DNA of 64,000 nucleotides from Polyangiales bacterium. GTDB lineage: Bacteria > Myxococcota_A > Polyangia > Polyangiales > Polyangiaceae. The DNA lies in NCBI GenBank assembly GCA_038231275.1, contig JBBRLQ010000013.1:64001-128000 (forward strand). The letters are read 5' to 3'. The notes under the pieces were generated by a model. It saw only the letters and a list, made by a program, of their open reading frames with translations. It was not told where the DNA came from and did not search any database. The first letter of the stretch is position 1, and each line of letters begins with the position of its first letter. Position numbers and translations under genes: made by a program. Shown here piece by piece: positions 38,113-46,995 of this stretch.

Positions 38113-39019
38113 ATGGACACCGAAGCCTTCGCGCACCTGCCCACCCGCATCCGACTCGGCGATCTGGAGGTCACGCGCCTCGGCTTCGGCGCGATGCGCC
38201 TCCCGGGGAAGGACGTCTGGGGCGAGCCCGATGATCCCGCGCGCGCGCGAGGTGGTGCGCCGCGCCGTGGATCTCGGCGTCGATCTGATCGACACCGCGT
38301 GGTACTACGGCCCGCTCGTCTCCAATCGCCTCATCAAAGAGGCGCTGCATCCGTACCCGAAGCACCTCGTCATCGCGTGCAAGCTCGGCGGCAAGCGACT
38401 GCCCGACAAGGGCTGGGCGCCGTCGATCCGCCCCGAGGAGCTGCGCGCCGGCTGCGAGGAAGATCTGCGGTCGCTCGGCCTCGATCGCCTCGACGTCGTC
38501 CACCTCCGATGGATGGCGGCCGGCGTACCGTTCGCGGAGGCGCTCGACGCGCTGATCGCCCTCCAGAAGGAGGGGAAGATCCGGCACCTCGCGCTGAGCA
38601 ACGTGTCGGCCGCGCAGGTCGAGGCGGCGCTGGCGCGGACGCCGATCGTCGCCGTGCAGAACATGTTCAACGTGAACGGCGGCGCCGGCACGCTCGCGAA
38701 GATGACGCACTCCGAGGTCGAGTCGCCGGACGCGGTCGTCGATCTCTGCGAGAAGAAGGGCATCGCGTACCTCCCCTATTTCCCGCTCGCGGTGGGCGGC
38801 ATCGCGGGACAGAACGCCGGCCTCGCGAAGGTGGCGGCCAGGAAGGGCGCGACGCCGGCGCAGGTCGCGTTGGCGTGGCTGCTCGCGCGATCCAAGACGA
38901 TGCTGCCGATTCCGGGGACCGGCTCGGTCGCGCACCTCGAGGAGAACTGGGCCGCCCGCCTCGTCGCGCTCGACGCCGCCGATCGCTCGGAGATCGCGCG
39001 CGGCGCCGCGACGACCTGA
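38113..39019 (+). pseudogene. Aldo/keto reductase, frameshifted in a (CG)6 tract at 38238-38249
   Basis: N-terminus LGFGAMRL is in one frame; IDTAWYYG, GKIRH..LSN and PIPGT....HLEEN are in another. Adding one GC restores PARAREVV. Confidence 0.8.
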
Positions 39020-39039
39020 CTCCTCTATTGCACGGGCGC

Positions 39040-39534
39040 CTATTGCACGGGCGCCGGCGGCATCGGCGGCTTCTCGTCCGGAGAGAGCAGCATCTGGACC
39101 TCTGCGGCCGCTTTGCTGACGAACGCCTTCAGGATCCCTGCGCTCGCGCGATGACCACTTTGCGAGTAGCTGCCGAGGCTCGTCGACGGGCTCGACGGAG
39201 TCTGCGCGGGGCGGAGCGGCGAGAGCGACTTCGCTTCACCGGCCAAGGCGAAGGTATCCCCGAGCTTGGTCAGGAATGCGGCGTTGGGTCCCTCGGACTT
39301 CCGCGCAGCGGTCTTCAGCTCCACGGCGAGCTTCGACATCATCCGCTCGAAGGTCGCCGGATTCGTGTCGAGCAGCCTCTGCAGCTTCTGCATGAGATCG
39401 CCCTCCTTGCTGATTCCCTTCGTCGCGGCCGGGGTCGTCGCGGGCGGCTCCGGTCCGTGGGTCACCCTTGCGGTCGCCATCGGCGCGACACCGGTGATCG
39501 AAGGTGGCGAGGCCACACCTGTGATCGTGCTCAT
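39040..39534 (-). CDS. Hypothetical protein
   Basis: GAGGG upstream of the ATG; helical core; no family recognised. Confidence 0.6.
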   Translation of the reverse strand: MSTITGVASPPSITGVAPMATARVTHGPEPPATTPAATKGISKEGDLMQKLQRLLDTNPATFERMMSKLAVELKTAARKSEGPNAAFLTKLGDTFALAGEAKSLSPLRPAQTPSSPSTSLGSYSQSGHRASAGILKAFVSKAAAEVQMLLSPDEKPPMPPAPVQ

Positions 39535-39635
39535 GACGTTGCCCTCATTTTTCCCCCTGACACGAAGGGCGAACGGCTCGAGGGGGAGATTCTTTAGGGG
39601 GCTACAACGTTTGAAGGAACGACCGTCCGCGCCCG

Positions 39636-39857
39636 TCAGCGCTTCCCGTTGCCGACATGGCCGCGTGTCCGGTCGCTGCCACCGGACGCGGCCGCGCCGC
39701 CGCCGGACCCTCGCGCGTCGGTCGCGGCGCCGCTGCGATCGGTGCGCGTGTCGGTGTGCACGCCGGGCGCCGCGGCAGGGGCGTCGCCGACGCCGGGACC
39801 GCAGCCTCCCGACAGCCCGGCGAGGAGCGAAAGCGCAACGGCGAACAAGGACTTCAT
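39636..39857 (-). CDS. Putative small lipoprotein
   Basis: GAGGA RBS; MKSLFAVALSLLAGLSGGC signal. Confidence 0.45.
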   Translation of the reverse strand: MKSLFAVALSLLAGLSGGCGPGVGDAPAAAPGVHTDTRTDRSGAATDARGSGGGAAASGGSDRTRGHVGNGKR

Positions 39858-39940
39858 GTCCTCAAGCCTTCCACGAAGGAGAGGGGCAGGCCGCCCCTTT
39901 CTGCGCACGAGCTGAGGGCGGGCGCGCGCGCAGGCGCACG

Positions 39941-41092
39941 CTAGAGGTTCTTCTTCGCCTCGGCAGGCGTGTTGCGGTGCTGGAGGAGCAACTTCCGCAG
40001 CCCGAAATTTCGGCGTACCAGCGGTTGCTTGAGGAGGTGCGCCAAGAGGGCCGGCGGCGCCGCCGAGAAGCGCGCGATGTTCTGGACGAACATGACGGTG
40101 TAGGTGGTCTTTCCGCACAGGATCGTCGTCGTGTGGGCGTCGAGCGGGCAGCCGGCGAGGATGAGGAGCGCGCGACCTTCGGTCTTGATGAGGAGCGCCG
40201 CGCGCTCGTCCGCCGTCGCGACCGTGAATTTTTTCCGGAGGAGCTCGCGCACTTTCACGCGCGAACGCTCGGGGTTCTCACGATCGATCGAGATCCGGTA
40301 GACCTCGAGGAGCAGCTTGGGGTGGACGATCTTCCGGAGCACCGTCTCGGGGAGCTGCGGATTTCGCAGGAGTCGCCGCTGCACCCCGGAGTCGGCCATC
40401 ACGTCGGTCCGCCGCGCGCAGAGCTCGAGGCCGGCCGCGGTCCGATGATGAAACGCGATCGTGCGTGCGTGCTCGAGCCCCACCTTCGGGTTGCTCATCA
40501 CCGCCGCGACGACCATCGGCTCGGGATCGAGGCACAGCGCGATGAGGTGGCTCCCCTCGACGGTCTGCGCCGCCGCCGCGCGCGCGTCGCGGGACATGGG
40601 TCGGTAGATGCTCTCGTAGATTTTCCGGTACTCGCGATCGCCGATCTCGGGGTCGGCGTCGGAGTCGGAAGCGGAGTCGGCGTCGGACGCGGACTCGGCG
40701 TCGGAGTCGGCGTCGGAGTCGGCGTCCGAAGCGGGGTCGGCGGCGGGGACCGGGGCGGCTTCGCGGTCGTGGCTGGCATCGCGCTCGAGGTCCGGGAGGC
40801 GGTCGGACTCCGGCGCGAGGTCGAGCACCGGGTCGAGCACCGGAGTGTCCGGATCGAAGTCCGACGCGATCACCAGGCCCTCCCCCGCGGCCCGCTCGAC
40901 CTCGACTGCGCCTTGGTCTGCGAGGAGTCCGACGATCTCGACGACCCGCTCTTCCGCGAGCCCCGTCATGGTCACGAGCTCACGAACGCTCACGGGCGCG
41001 TCGACGCGCGACAGCACGAAGCCCTCCTCCGCAGAGAGCTTGAGGCTCCGTACGTCGAAGGGCTTCGGCCGGACGCTCTTGAAGTCCCCCAT
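39941..41092 (-). CDS. Hypothetical protein with acidic Ser-Asp linker and helical-repeat C-terminus
   Basis: L...EGFVLSRVD N-domain, SDADSDAD repeats, ..NP.. helical repeats. Confidence 0.8.
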   Translation of the reverse strand: MGDFKSVRPKPFDVRSLKLSAEEGFVLSRVDAPVSVRELVTMTGLAEERVVEIVGLLADQGAVEVERAAGEGLVIASDFDPDTPVLDPVLDLAPESDRLPDLERDASHDREAAPVPAADPASDADSDADSDAESASDADSASDSDADPEIGDREYRKIYESIYRPMSRDARAAAAQTVEGSHLIALCLDPEPMVVAAVMSNPKVGLEHARTIAFHHRTAAGLELCARRTDVMADSGVQRRLLRNPQLPETVLRKIVHPKLLLEVYRISIDRENPERSRVKVRELLRKKFTVATADERAALLIKTEGRALLILAGCPLDAHTTTILCGKTTYTVMFVQNIARFSAAPPALLAHLLKQPLVRRNFGLRKLLLQHRNTPAEAKKNL

Positions 41093-41132
41093 CGAGGGAG
41101 AGTAGAGCGCGTGTCGGGGGTGTTCGCGACGG

Positions 41133-44100
41133 TTACTTCACCGGACCGGTGCCGCCGCAGGTGCCGGCCACGCCGCCGCCGCCGCACGTCTGGGGCGCCA
41201 CGCAGGTGCCGCAGTCGAGCTGGTTGCCGCAGCCGTCGCCCGCCGGGCCGCAGCTGATTCCCTGCTGCGCGCACGTGAGGGGGACGCAGGCGGGGTGACC
41301 GCACTGGCCGGGAGCTCCGGCGCCGCCGCAGGTGTCCGGTGCGGTGCACGTGCCGCACTGGAGCAGGTTTCCGCAGCCGTCGCCCGCCGGGCCGCAGCTG
41401 ATGTTCTGCTGCGCGCAGGTCTTCGGCACGCAGGCCGCGTGGCCGCAGACGCCGGGGGAGCCGCCGCCGCCGCAGGTGTCCGGCGCCGTGCAGGGGCCGC
41501 AGTCGAGCTGACCGCCGCACCCGTCGCCCGCAGGTCCGCAGCTCACGTTCTGCTGCGCGCAGGTGAGCGGCTTGCAGCTCGGGTTGCCGCAGACGCCCGG
41601 GGTTCCGCCGCCGCCGCACGTCTGGGGAGACACGCAGGGGCCGCAGTCGAGGAGCCCGCCGCAGCCGTCGCCGGCCGGGCCGCAGCTGATTCCCTGCTGC
41701 CCGCAGGTGAGCTTGGTGCACGAACCCGAGCCGCACTGGCCGGGCGAGCCGCCGCCGCCGCAGGTGTTGGAGCCGCTGCAGACCCCGCACTGGAGGAGGC
41801 CGCCGCAGCCGTCGCCGGCCGGACCGCAGTTGACGCCGATCTGGGCGCAGGTCTTCGGCGTGCAGCCTGCCGTGCCGCACTGGCCCGGGACGCCGCCGCC
41901 GCCGCAGGTGTTCACGCCGGAGCAGGCACCGCACTGCTGAACGCCGCCGCAGCCGTCGCCGGCAGGGCCGCAGTTGATGTTCTGCTGCGCGCACGTCAGC
42001 TTGGTGCAGGTCGGCTGGCCGCACTGGCCAGGAGTTCCGCCGCCGCCGCACGTGTTCGTTCCGGTGCAGGTGCCGCAGCTCGCGATGAGACCGCCGCAGC
42101 CGTCGCCGGCAGGACCGCAGTTGACGCCGGGCGGGCAGCCTTGCGGCGTGCAGGTCGGGTGACCGCACGCGTTCGGGGTGCCGCCGCCGCCGCAGGTGTT
42201 CGGCGGGGTGCAGTTGCCGCACTGGAGGAGGCCGCCGCAACCGTCGCCTTGCGGGCCGCACGTCGCGCCGAGCTGCGCGCACGTCTTGGGCGTGCACGAG
42301 GGGACGTCTTGCGAGATGCACGACGTCAGGTCGAAGAGCATGAACTCGAGGAGCTTCTCCTGCGGCGTCATCGGCGCGTTCGGCGTGCACTCCGCCGGGA
42401 ACGCGATGTTCGTGCTGGGGTTGTTGCTCGCGTCCTCGACGTGGAAATCGCTGTACACGACGCGCCCACACTGGTTCGCCGGCGTCGCGCCGACGGGCGT
42501 GTTGAACGTGTAGTGCAGCGGGAAGGCCGCCACGTCGGGCGGGTTCGTCGAGTACATCCAGCGCTGCGCCGGCGCGACCACCGCCGAGAAGTCGTTACGG
42601 ACGACGTTGACCGGGATCTGCCCGAGCGTGCCGCCGGTGACGTTCTTCAGCCACTGGGCAAGCGCGACGCCCTTAGGGAAGCTCTGGTCGATGACGCCGG
42701 TGAACTGCTGGTTGTACGACGCGTTGTTGATCGTCCAGTTCGCGGTCGAAGAGAACGGCGCGTCGTTGTAGAGCCACACGTAGCTGAAGTGGGTCGTGAA
42801 GACGCGCCCGCCCAGGTTCGTGTAGTTGATCACGTTCGTCTGGTTGCCCACGGCCTCGTCGCGCTGCCCGCCGAGGCACGGGAAGAGGACGATGTCGTAC
42901 GCGTTCAGCGTCGTCGCGTTGCCGACGAGAGCCGGCTCCTTGGGCGTCTGGTTGTTGATGCGCGCGCCGCCGGCGGGGCCCGGGTTGCCCGGGTTGTTCG
43001 GGTTGGCTTGGTAAACGTGCATGCGGCCGGCGGCGGTCGGGTTGCCCGACGCATCGATCGCGGGGTTCACGAACTCTGCGTCGTCCACGCCCATCTTGCG
43101 GAGGACGCACTCGAGCGTGTCGACCGCGCCGGTGTCGATCGCGAAGCGCGGGATGTTGCCCTCTCCCGAGTTGCGCGGGAGGTGGGTCTGCGTGGTCGGC
43201 AGCAGGTTGTCCTGGCACGCGGTGACGGGCACGGTGATGACGCGGCGCCACTTGCCGAGCTGGATGACGACGGGGACCGCAGGGCCGACCGGCGGGTTCG
43301 TGAGCTTGAACTTGCCGTCGACGCCGGTGATGAAGCTGACGATCGACGCTTGAGGCGTCGCGCACTTCTCGCAGGTGGCGCCCGTCGTGATCGGCTGAAC
43401 CGGTCCGCTCGGGACGTAGACGTACGCGTTGTAGACCGGGTCCGGTTGGCCGAAGCCGTTGAGCGGGTTGGTGCCCGCGACGACGGTGCCGCTGATCGAG
43501 GTCACGCCGCCGCTGTCGCACGTCACGAAGACGCCGGCGTCGGTGGCGACGGTGCCCGTGCCGCACTGGCTCGGCGTGGTGCCGCCGCAGATCGCGGGAA
43601 GCGTACAGGTGCCGCAGCTCGCGATGAGCCCGCCGCAGCCGTCGCCGACCGGACCGCAGTTCGCGCCGAGCTGGGCGCACGTCTTCGGCGTGCACACGGC
43701 GCCGCCGTCCGCGCCACCCTGGCCGCACTGGTTGGGGCCACCGCCGCCGCAGTAGGCCGGCGCCGTGCAGGCGCCGCAGGTGATCGTGTTGCCGCAGCCG
43801 TCGCCCTGCGTCCCGCAGTTCGCGCCGAGCTGACCGCACGTCTTGGGGACGCACGGCGAGCCGCCGTCCGAGCCGCCAAGGCCGCACTTGTTCGTGCCGC
43901 CGCCGCCGCAATAGGCCGGCGCCGCGCAGGTGCCGCAGTCGAGCGGGTTGCCGCAGCCGTCGCCTTGGGTGCCGCAGCTCGCGCCGAGCTGACCGCAGGT
44001 CTTCGGGACGCACGGCGAGCCACCGTCCGCGCCGCCCTGCCCGCATTGGTTGGTGCCGTTGCCGCCGCAGAACGCAGGCGCCACGCACGTGCCGCAGTTG

Positions 44101-44984
44101 ACCGTGTTGCCGCAGCCGTCGCCCTGGATGCCGCACGTCGCGCCGAGCTGCCCGCACGTCTTGGGCGTGCACGACGAGCCGCCGTCGTTTCCGCCCTGGC
44201 CGCACTGGTTCGCGCCGTTGCCGCCGCAATAGGCGGGCGCGACGCACGTGCCGCAGCTGATGATGTTGCCGCAGCCGTCGCCCTGTTGGCCGCACGTCGC
44301 CCCGAGCTGGCCGCACGTCTTCGGCGTGCACGGCGAGCCGCCGTCTGCGCCGCCCTGGCCGCACGCGTTGACGCCGCCGCCGCCGCAGTATGCGGGCGCG
44401 ACGCACGCGCCACAGTTGATCACGTTGCCGCAGCCGTCACCCTGGACGCCGCACGTCGCGTTGAGATCGCCGCACGACTTGGGAGTGCAGTTCGAGCCGC
44501 CGTCGGGCCCGCCCTGTCCGCACGAGTTGCTGCCGCCGCCGCCGCAATACGCGGGCGCGGTACACGTGCCGCAGTCGATCACGTTGCCGCAGCCGTCGCC
44601 TTGCTTTCCGCAATGCGCGCCGAGATCGGCGCACGACTTGGGGTTGCAGATGGGGAGGCCGCCGTCGGTCAGGCCGTTGCCGCACTTGCTCGCGCCGCCG
44701 CCGCCGCAGAACTGATCGGCGGGGCAGGAGCCACACTGCTGGATCCCGCCGCAGCCATCGCCTTGCGGACCGCAGTCGAAGCCGAGCTGGGTACACGTCT
44801 TCGGCGTGCACGAGGTGGTCGTCGCGCCATCGCCGAAGGAGCCAGTTTCGAAACCGCCGCCCGTAGCGTCGACTCCGCTGTCCCCGTCGTTGAACTGCGC
44901 GGACGACCCGCTGTCGCCGCACGACGCGGCCAGCAGACCCACCAAGACGACCGAAAGCGCGACAAGCAAACGTGAGCTCTGCAT
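41133..44984 (-). CDS. Giant Cys-rich repeat lipoprotein (8+8 repeats around a central globular region)
   Basis: Lipobox AAS-C; repeats CxPxTC..LG..CG..GDGCG....CG.C.....CGGGG...C; central region has ISGTV, T..DG.F.L and TGAVDTLECVLRK. Confidence 0.9.
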   Translation of the reverse strand: MQSSRLLVALSVVLVGLLAASCGDSGSSAQFNDGDSGVDATGGGFETGSFGDGATTTSCTPKTCTQLGFDCGPQGDGCGGIQQCGSCPADQFCGGGGASKCGNGLTDGGLPICNPKSCADLGAHCGKQGDGCGNVIDCGTCTAPAYCGGGGSNSCGQGGPDGGSNCTPKSCGDLNATCGVQGDGCGNVINCGACVAPAYCGGGGVNACGQGGADGGSPCTPKTCGQLGATCGQQGDGCGNIISCGTCVAPAYCGGNGANQCGQGGNDGGSSCTPKTCGQLGATCGIQGDGCGNTVNCGTCVAPAFCGGNGTNQCGQGGADGGSPCVPKTCGQLGASCGTQGDGCGNPLDCGTCAAPAYCGGGGTNKCGLGGSDGGSPCVPKTCGQLGANCGTQGDGCGNTITCGACTAPAYCGGGGPNQCGQGGADGGAVCTPKTCAQLGANCGPVGDGCGGLIASCGTCTLPAICGGTTPSQCGTGTVATDAGVFVTCDSGGVTSISGTVVAGTNPLNGFGQPDPVYNAYVYVPSGPVQPITTGATCEKCATPQASIVSFITGVDGKFKLTNPPVGPAVPVVIQLGKWRRVITVPVTACQDNLLPTTQTHLPRNSGEGNIPRFAIDTGAVDTLECVLRKMGVDDAEFVNPAIDASGNPTAAGRMHVYQANPNNPGNPGPAGGARINNQTPKEPALVGNATTLNAYDIVLFPCLGGQRDEAVGNQTNVINYTNLGGRVFTTHFSYVWLYNDAPFSSTANWTINNASYNQQFTGVIDQSFPKGVALAQWLKNVTGGTLGQIPVNVVRNDFSAVVAPAQRWMYSTNPPDVAAFPLHYTFNTPVGATPANQCGRVVYSDFHVEDASNNPSTNIAFPAECTPNAPMTPQEKLLEFMLFDLTSCISQDVPSCTPKTCAQLGATCGPQGDGCGGLLQCGNCTPPNTCGGGGTPNACGHPTCTPQGCPPGVNCGPAGDGCGGLIASCGTCTGTNTCGGGGTPGQCGQPTCTKLTCAQQNINCGPAGDGCGGVQQCGACSGVNTCGGGGVPGQCGTAGCTPKTCAQIGVNCGPAGDGCGGLLQCGVCSGSNTCGGGGSPGQCGSGSCTKLTCGQQGISCGPAGDGCGGLLDCGPCVSPQTCGGGGTPGVCGNPSCKPLTCAQQNVSCGPAGDGCGGQLDCGPCTAPDTCGGGGSPGVCGHAACVPKTCAQQNISCGPAGDGCGNLLQCGTCTAPDTCGGAGAPGQCGHPACVPLTCAQQGISCGPAGDGCGNQLDCGTCVAPQTCGGGGVAGTCGGTGPVK

Positions 44985-45266
44985 ACAAAACCTCTCAGAC
45001 TAATGACGCTACAGAATCTGGCGAGGGGCGCAAGGAAAGCGTGTCCACCCCGCCGGGAGTCACTCCAATGAAGTCGCCGGGCGCCGCCGATCGGATCCGT
45101 TGTGTGTGCTGTGCGGCCCCGTACGCGGGATGCGTACGCGAACGGTCTCGACCCGTCCGACGGTGAGGCGACGCCGAGACGGCACCCCGCCACCTCGAGA
45201 TGGCCGACCCTTCTCCGTTCCGTCGACAGGCGTTCGAGAGCGACACGACGCGAGAGAAAACGGACG

Positions 45267-46973
45267 TCAGGTCGGGCGCGTAAGGAGGGACTGCACGGCC
45301 TCGTGCTCGCGGTGCACGAGAAGGGCGACGACGTCTCCGGGACGGCCGGTCGCGAGGACGTCGTTGAGCGCGTCGACCTCCGAGTCGGCGATGCGTAACG
45401 CCGTTTGCGGCAGGCCGAGACCGCGGAAAATGGCCTCGAACAGCGACGGGACCTCCCCCGGCTGACGGCCGCGGAGATAGCCCGGGAGCTCTCGTACGAG
45501 CACTCGGTCGGGACGCGCTTCGAGGACGGCGCGCGCGATCTCCTCGATCTCCCGGTTGCTGCGGTCTCCCGCGCTGCCGGTGATCACGGCGAGCCGACCG
45601 CCGGACCGACGGCGGAGCTCGGCCACGAGTTGGAGGGCGGCGCGGACGGCCTCCGGGTTGTGCCCGAAGTCGAGGAACACCTTCACCCCTGCGCGGTCGA
45701 CCAGCTCGCCACGGCCGGGGTTGTCGCGCGCACCGAAGCCGGCGAGCGCGCGACGGATGGCGTCTTCGGGAAGCCCGACCGCGAGCGCCAGCGCGACCAC
45801 TCCAAGGATGTTCTCGACGTTGTACCGCGCGACCCCCCCGAACGTGAGCGGCAGCTCGGTGATCACGCCGAACGACGTGACGCGGTCCCCCTCGCGCGCC
45901 ACGACGGCTCCATCTTCGGCAAGAACGACGCGGTCTCCTTGTGCGCGGCGCGCGTCCACGACCGCGCGGGCCTCGGCGTCGGCGGTCTCGAGGTCACAGA
46001 AGAAGGTGACGCGCGCGGCGACCTTCGCCGACATGCGCACGAGGTTCGGGTCACGGGCGTTCAAGACGACGCCGCCGGAGCGGGGGACGACGTCGGCGAT
46101 GAGCCCCTTCACCTCCGCCATCGCCGCGAGATCGTCGATGCCGTAGAGGCCGAGGTGGTCGTCGGAGATGTTCGTGATGAGCGACGCGTCGGCGGAGTCG
46201 ACGGCGAGGCCGCGTCGAAGAATGCCGCCGCGTGCCGTCTCGAGCACCGCGAAGTCGATGTCGTCGCGCCGGAGAACGGTGCGCGCGGCGGCGGGTCCGG
46301 TCCAGTCTCCCTCTTCGACGAGGACGCCGTCGACCGCGATGCCGCCCGTGGACGACGCCCCGACGTGCCAACCGGCCTCGCGCGCGACGCGGGCCATCAG
46401 GCGCGCGGAGGTCGTCTTGCCGTTGGTGCCGGTGACGAGGACGATCGGGATCGTGCCGATCGTCGCCCAGGGGACCGCGGCCACGTCCGGGACCTCGTGA
46501 CGTCCGCACGTGAAGGCGTGCGCACCGGCGCCGACGGTGAGGCTCGTGTCGTCCCACAAGAACGGCAAACCACGACGGTGCGCCTCCGCGACGAGCGCGA
46601 GCATGTTCGGGCTGCGATCCTTCGCGAGGATCGCGGCGATCTCCTGGCGCTTGGGCTCGAGGGAGAGCGGCGCTTCGCGCGCCAAGACGCGGCTCGCGGA
46701 CATGACCGCCCACTCGCTCGCCTCCGCGCACGCGAGCATCTCGTCGAGCGGCGTGGCGTAGCCGATCACGGCGCCGCCCTTGTGCGTGCGGACGATCGGC
46801 GAGATCTCGGGAACCATTCCCAGCGCCTTTCGCATGCGCCCCAGCTCGCTCAGGTACGCCGCGAGCGTCGCTGCGATCGTGTCGTCGTCCTCGAGATCGA
46901 GCTCGACGATGACGAGCGGCGCGCGCGAGAGGAGGTTCGGGCCGGTCAGCCTTCGGGCATCGACGAGGAGCAT
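45267..46973 (-). CDS. CphA-like Mur ligase family protein lacking the ATP-grasp domain
   Basis: R.L.GPNL N-terminus, VTGTNGKTT, GDWTGP, LETARGG, TNISDDHLG, NPGR, DFGHNP; only 568 aa. Confidence 0.85.
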   Translation of the reverse strand: MLLVDARRLTGPNLLSRAPLVIVELDLEDDDTIAATLAAYLSELGRMRKALGMVPEISPIVRTHKGGAVIGYATPLDEMLACAEASEWAVMSASRVLAREAPLSLEPKRQEIAAILAKDRSPNMLALVAEAHRRGLPFLWDDTSLTVGAGAHAFTCGRHEVPDVAAVPWATIGTIPIVLVTGTNGKTTSARLMARVAREAGWHVGASSTGGIAVDGVLVEEGDWTGPAAARTVLRRDDIDFAVLETARGGILRRGLAVDSADASLITNISDDHLGLYGIDDLAAMAEVKGLIADVVPRSGGVVLNARDPNLVRMSAKVAARVTFFCDLETADAEARAVVDARRAQGDRVVLAEDGAVVAREGDRVTSFGVITELPLTFGGVARYNVENILGVVALALAVGLPEDAIRRALAGFGARDNPGRGELVDRAGVKVFLDFGHNPEAVRAALQLVAELRRRSGGRLAVITGSAGDRSNREIEEIARAVLEARPDRVLVRELPGYLRGRQPGEVPSLFEAIFRGLGLPQTALRIADSEVDALNDVLATGRPGDVVALLVHREHEAVQSLLTRPT

Positions 46974-46995
46974 GGGAGGCGGCGCTCGAACGAGC

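Noticed and set aside
40653..40735. Ser-Asp repeat suggesting an Sdr-type adhesin
   Set aside because: Short linker in a protein with no signal peptide or wall anchor.
41133..44800. Regularly spaced DNA repeats (GCAGCCGTCGCC) suggesting a CRISPR array
   Set aside because: They encode in-frame GDGC protein repeats, the intervening sequences are homologous, and no cas genes are present.
41295..44975. 1226-aa + strand ORF and other long antisense ORFs (13677..16055, 46780..49998, 61588..63900)
   Set aside because: Shadow frames of real genes, expected with high GC3; no recognisable motifs.
44985..45266. Possible riboswitch or ncRNA in the leader of the giant lipoprotein
   Set aside because: Only weak GC-rich stems; no recognisable aptamer consensus.
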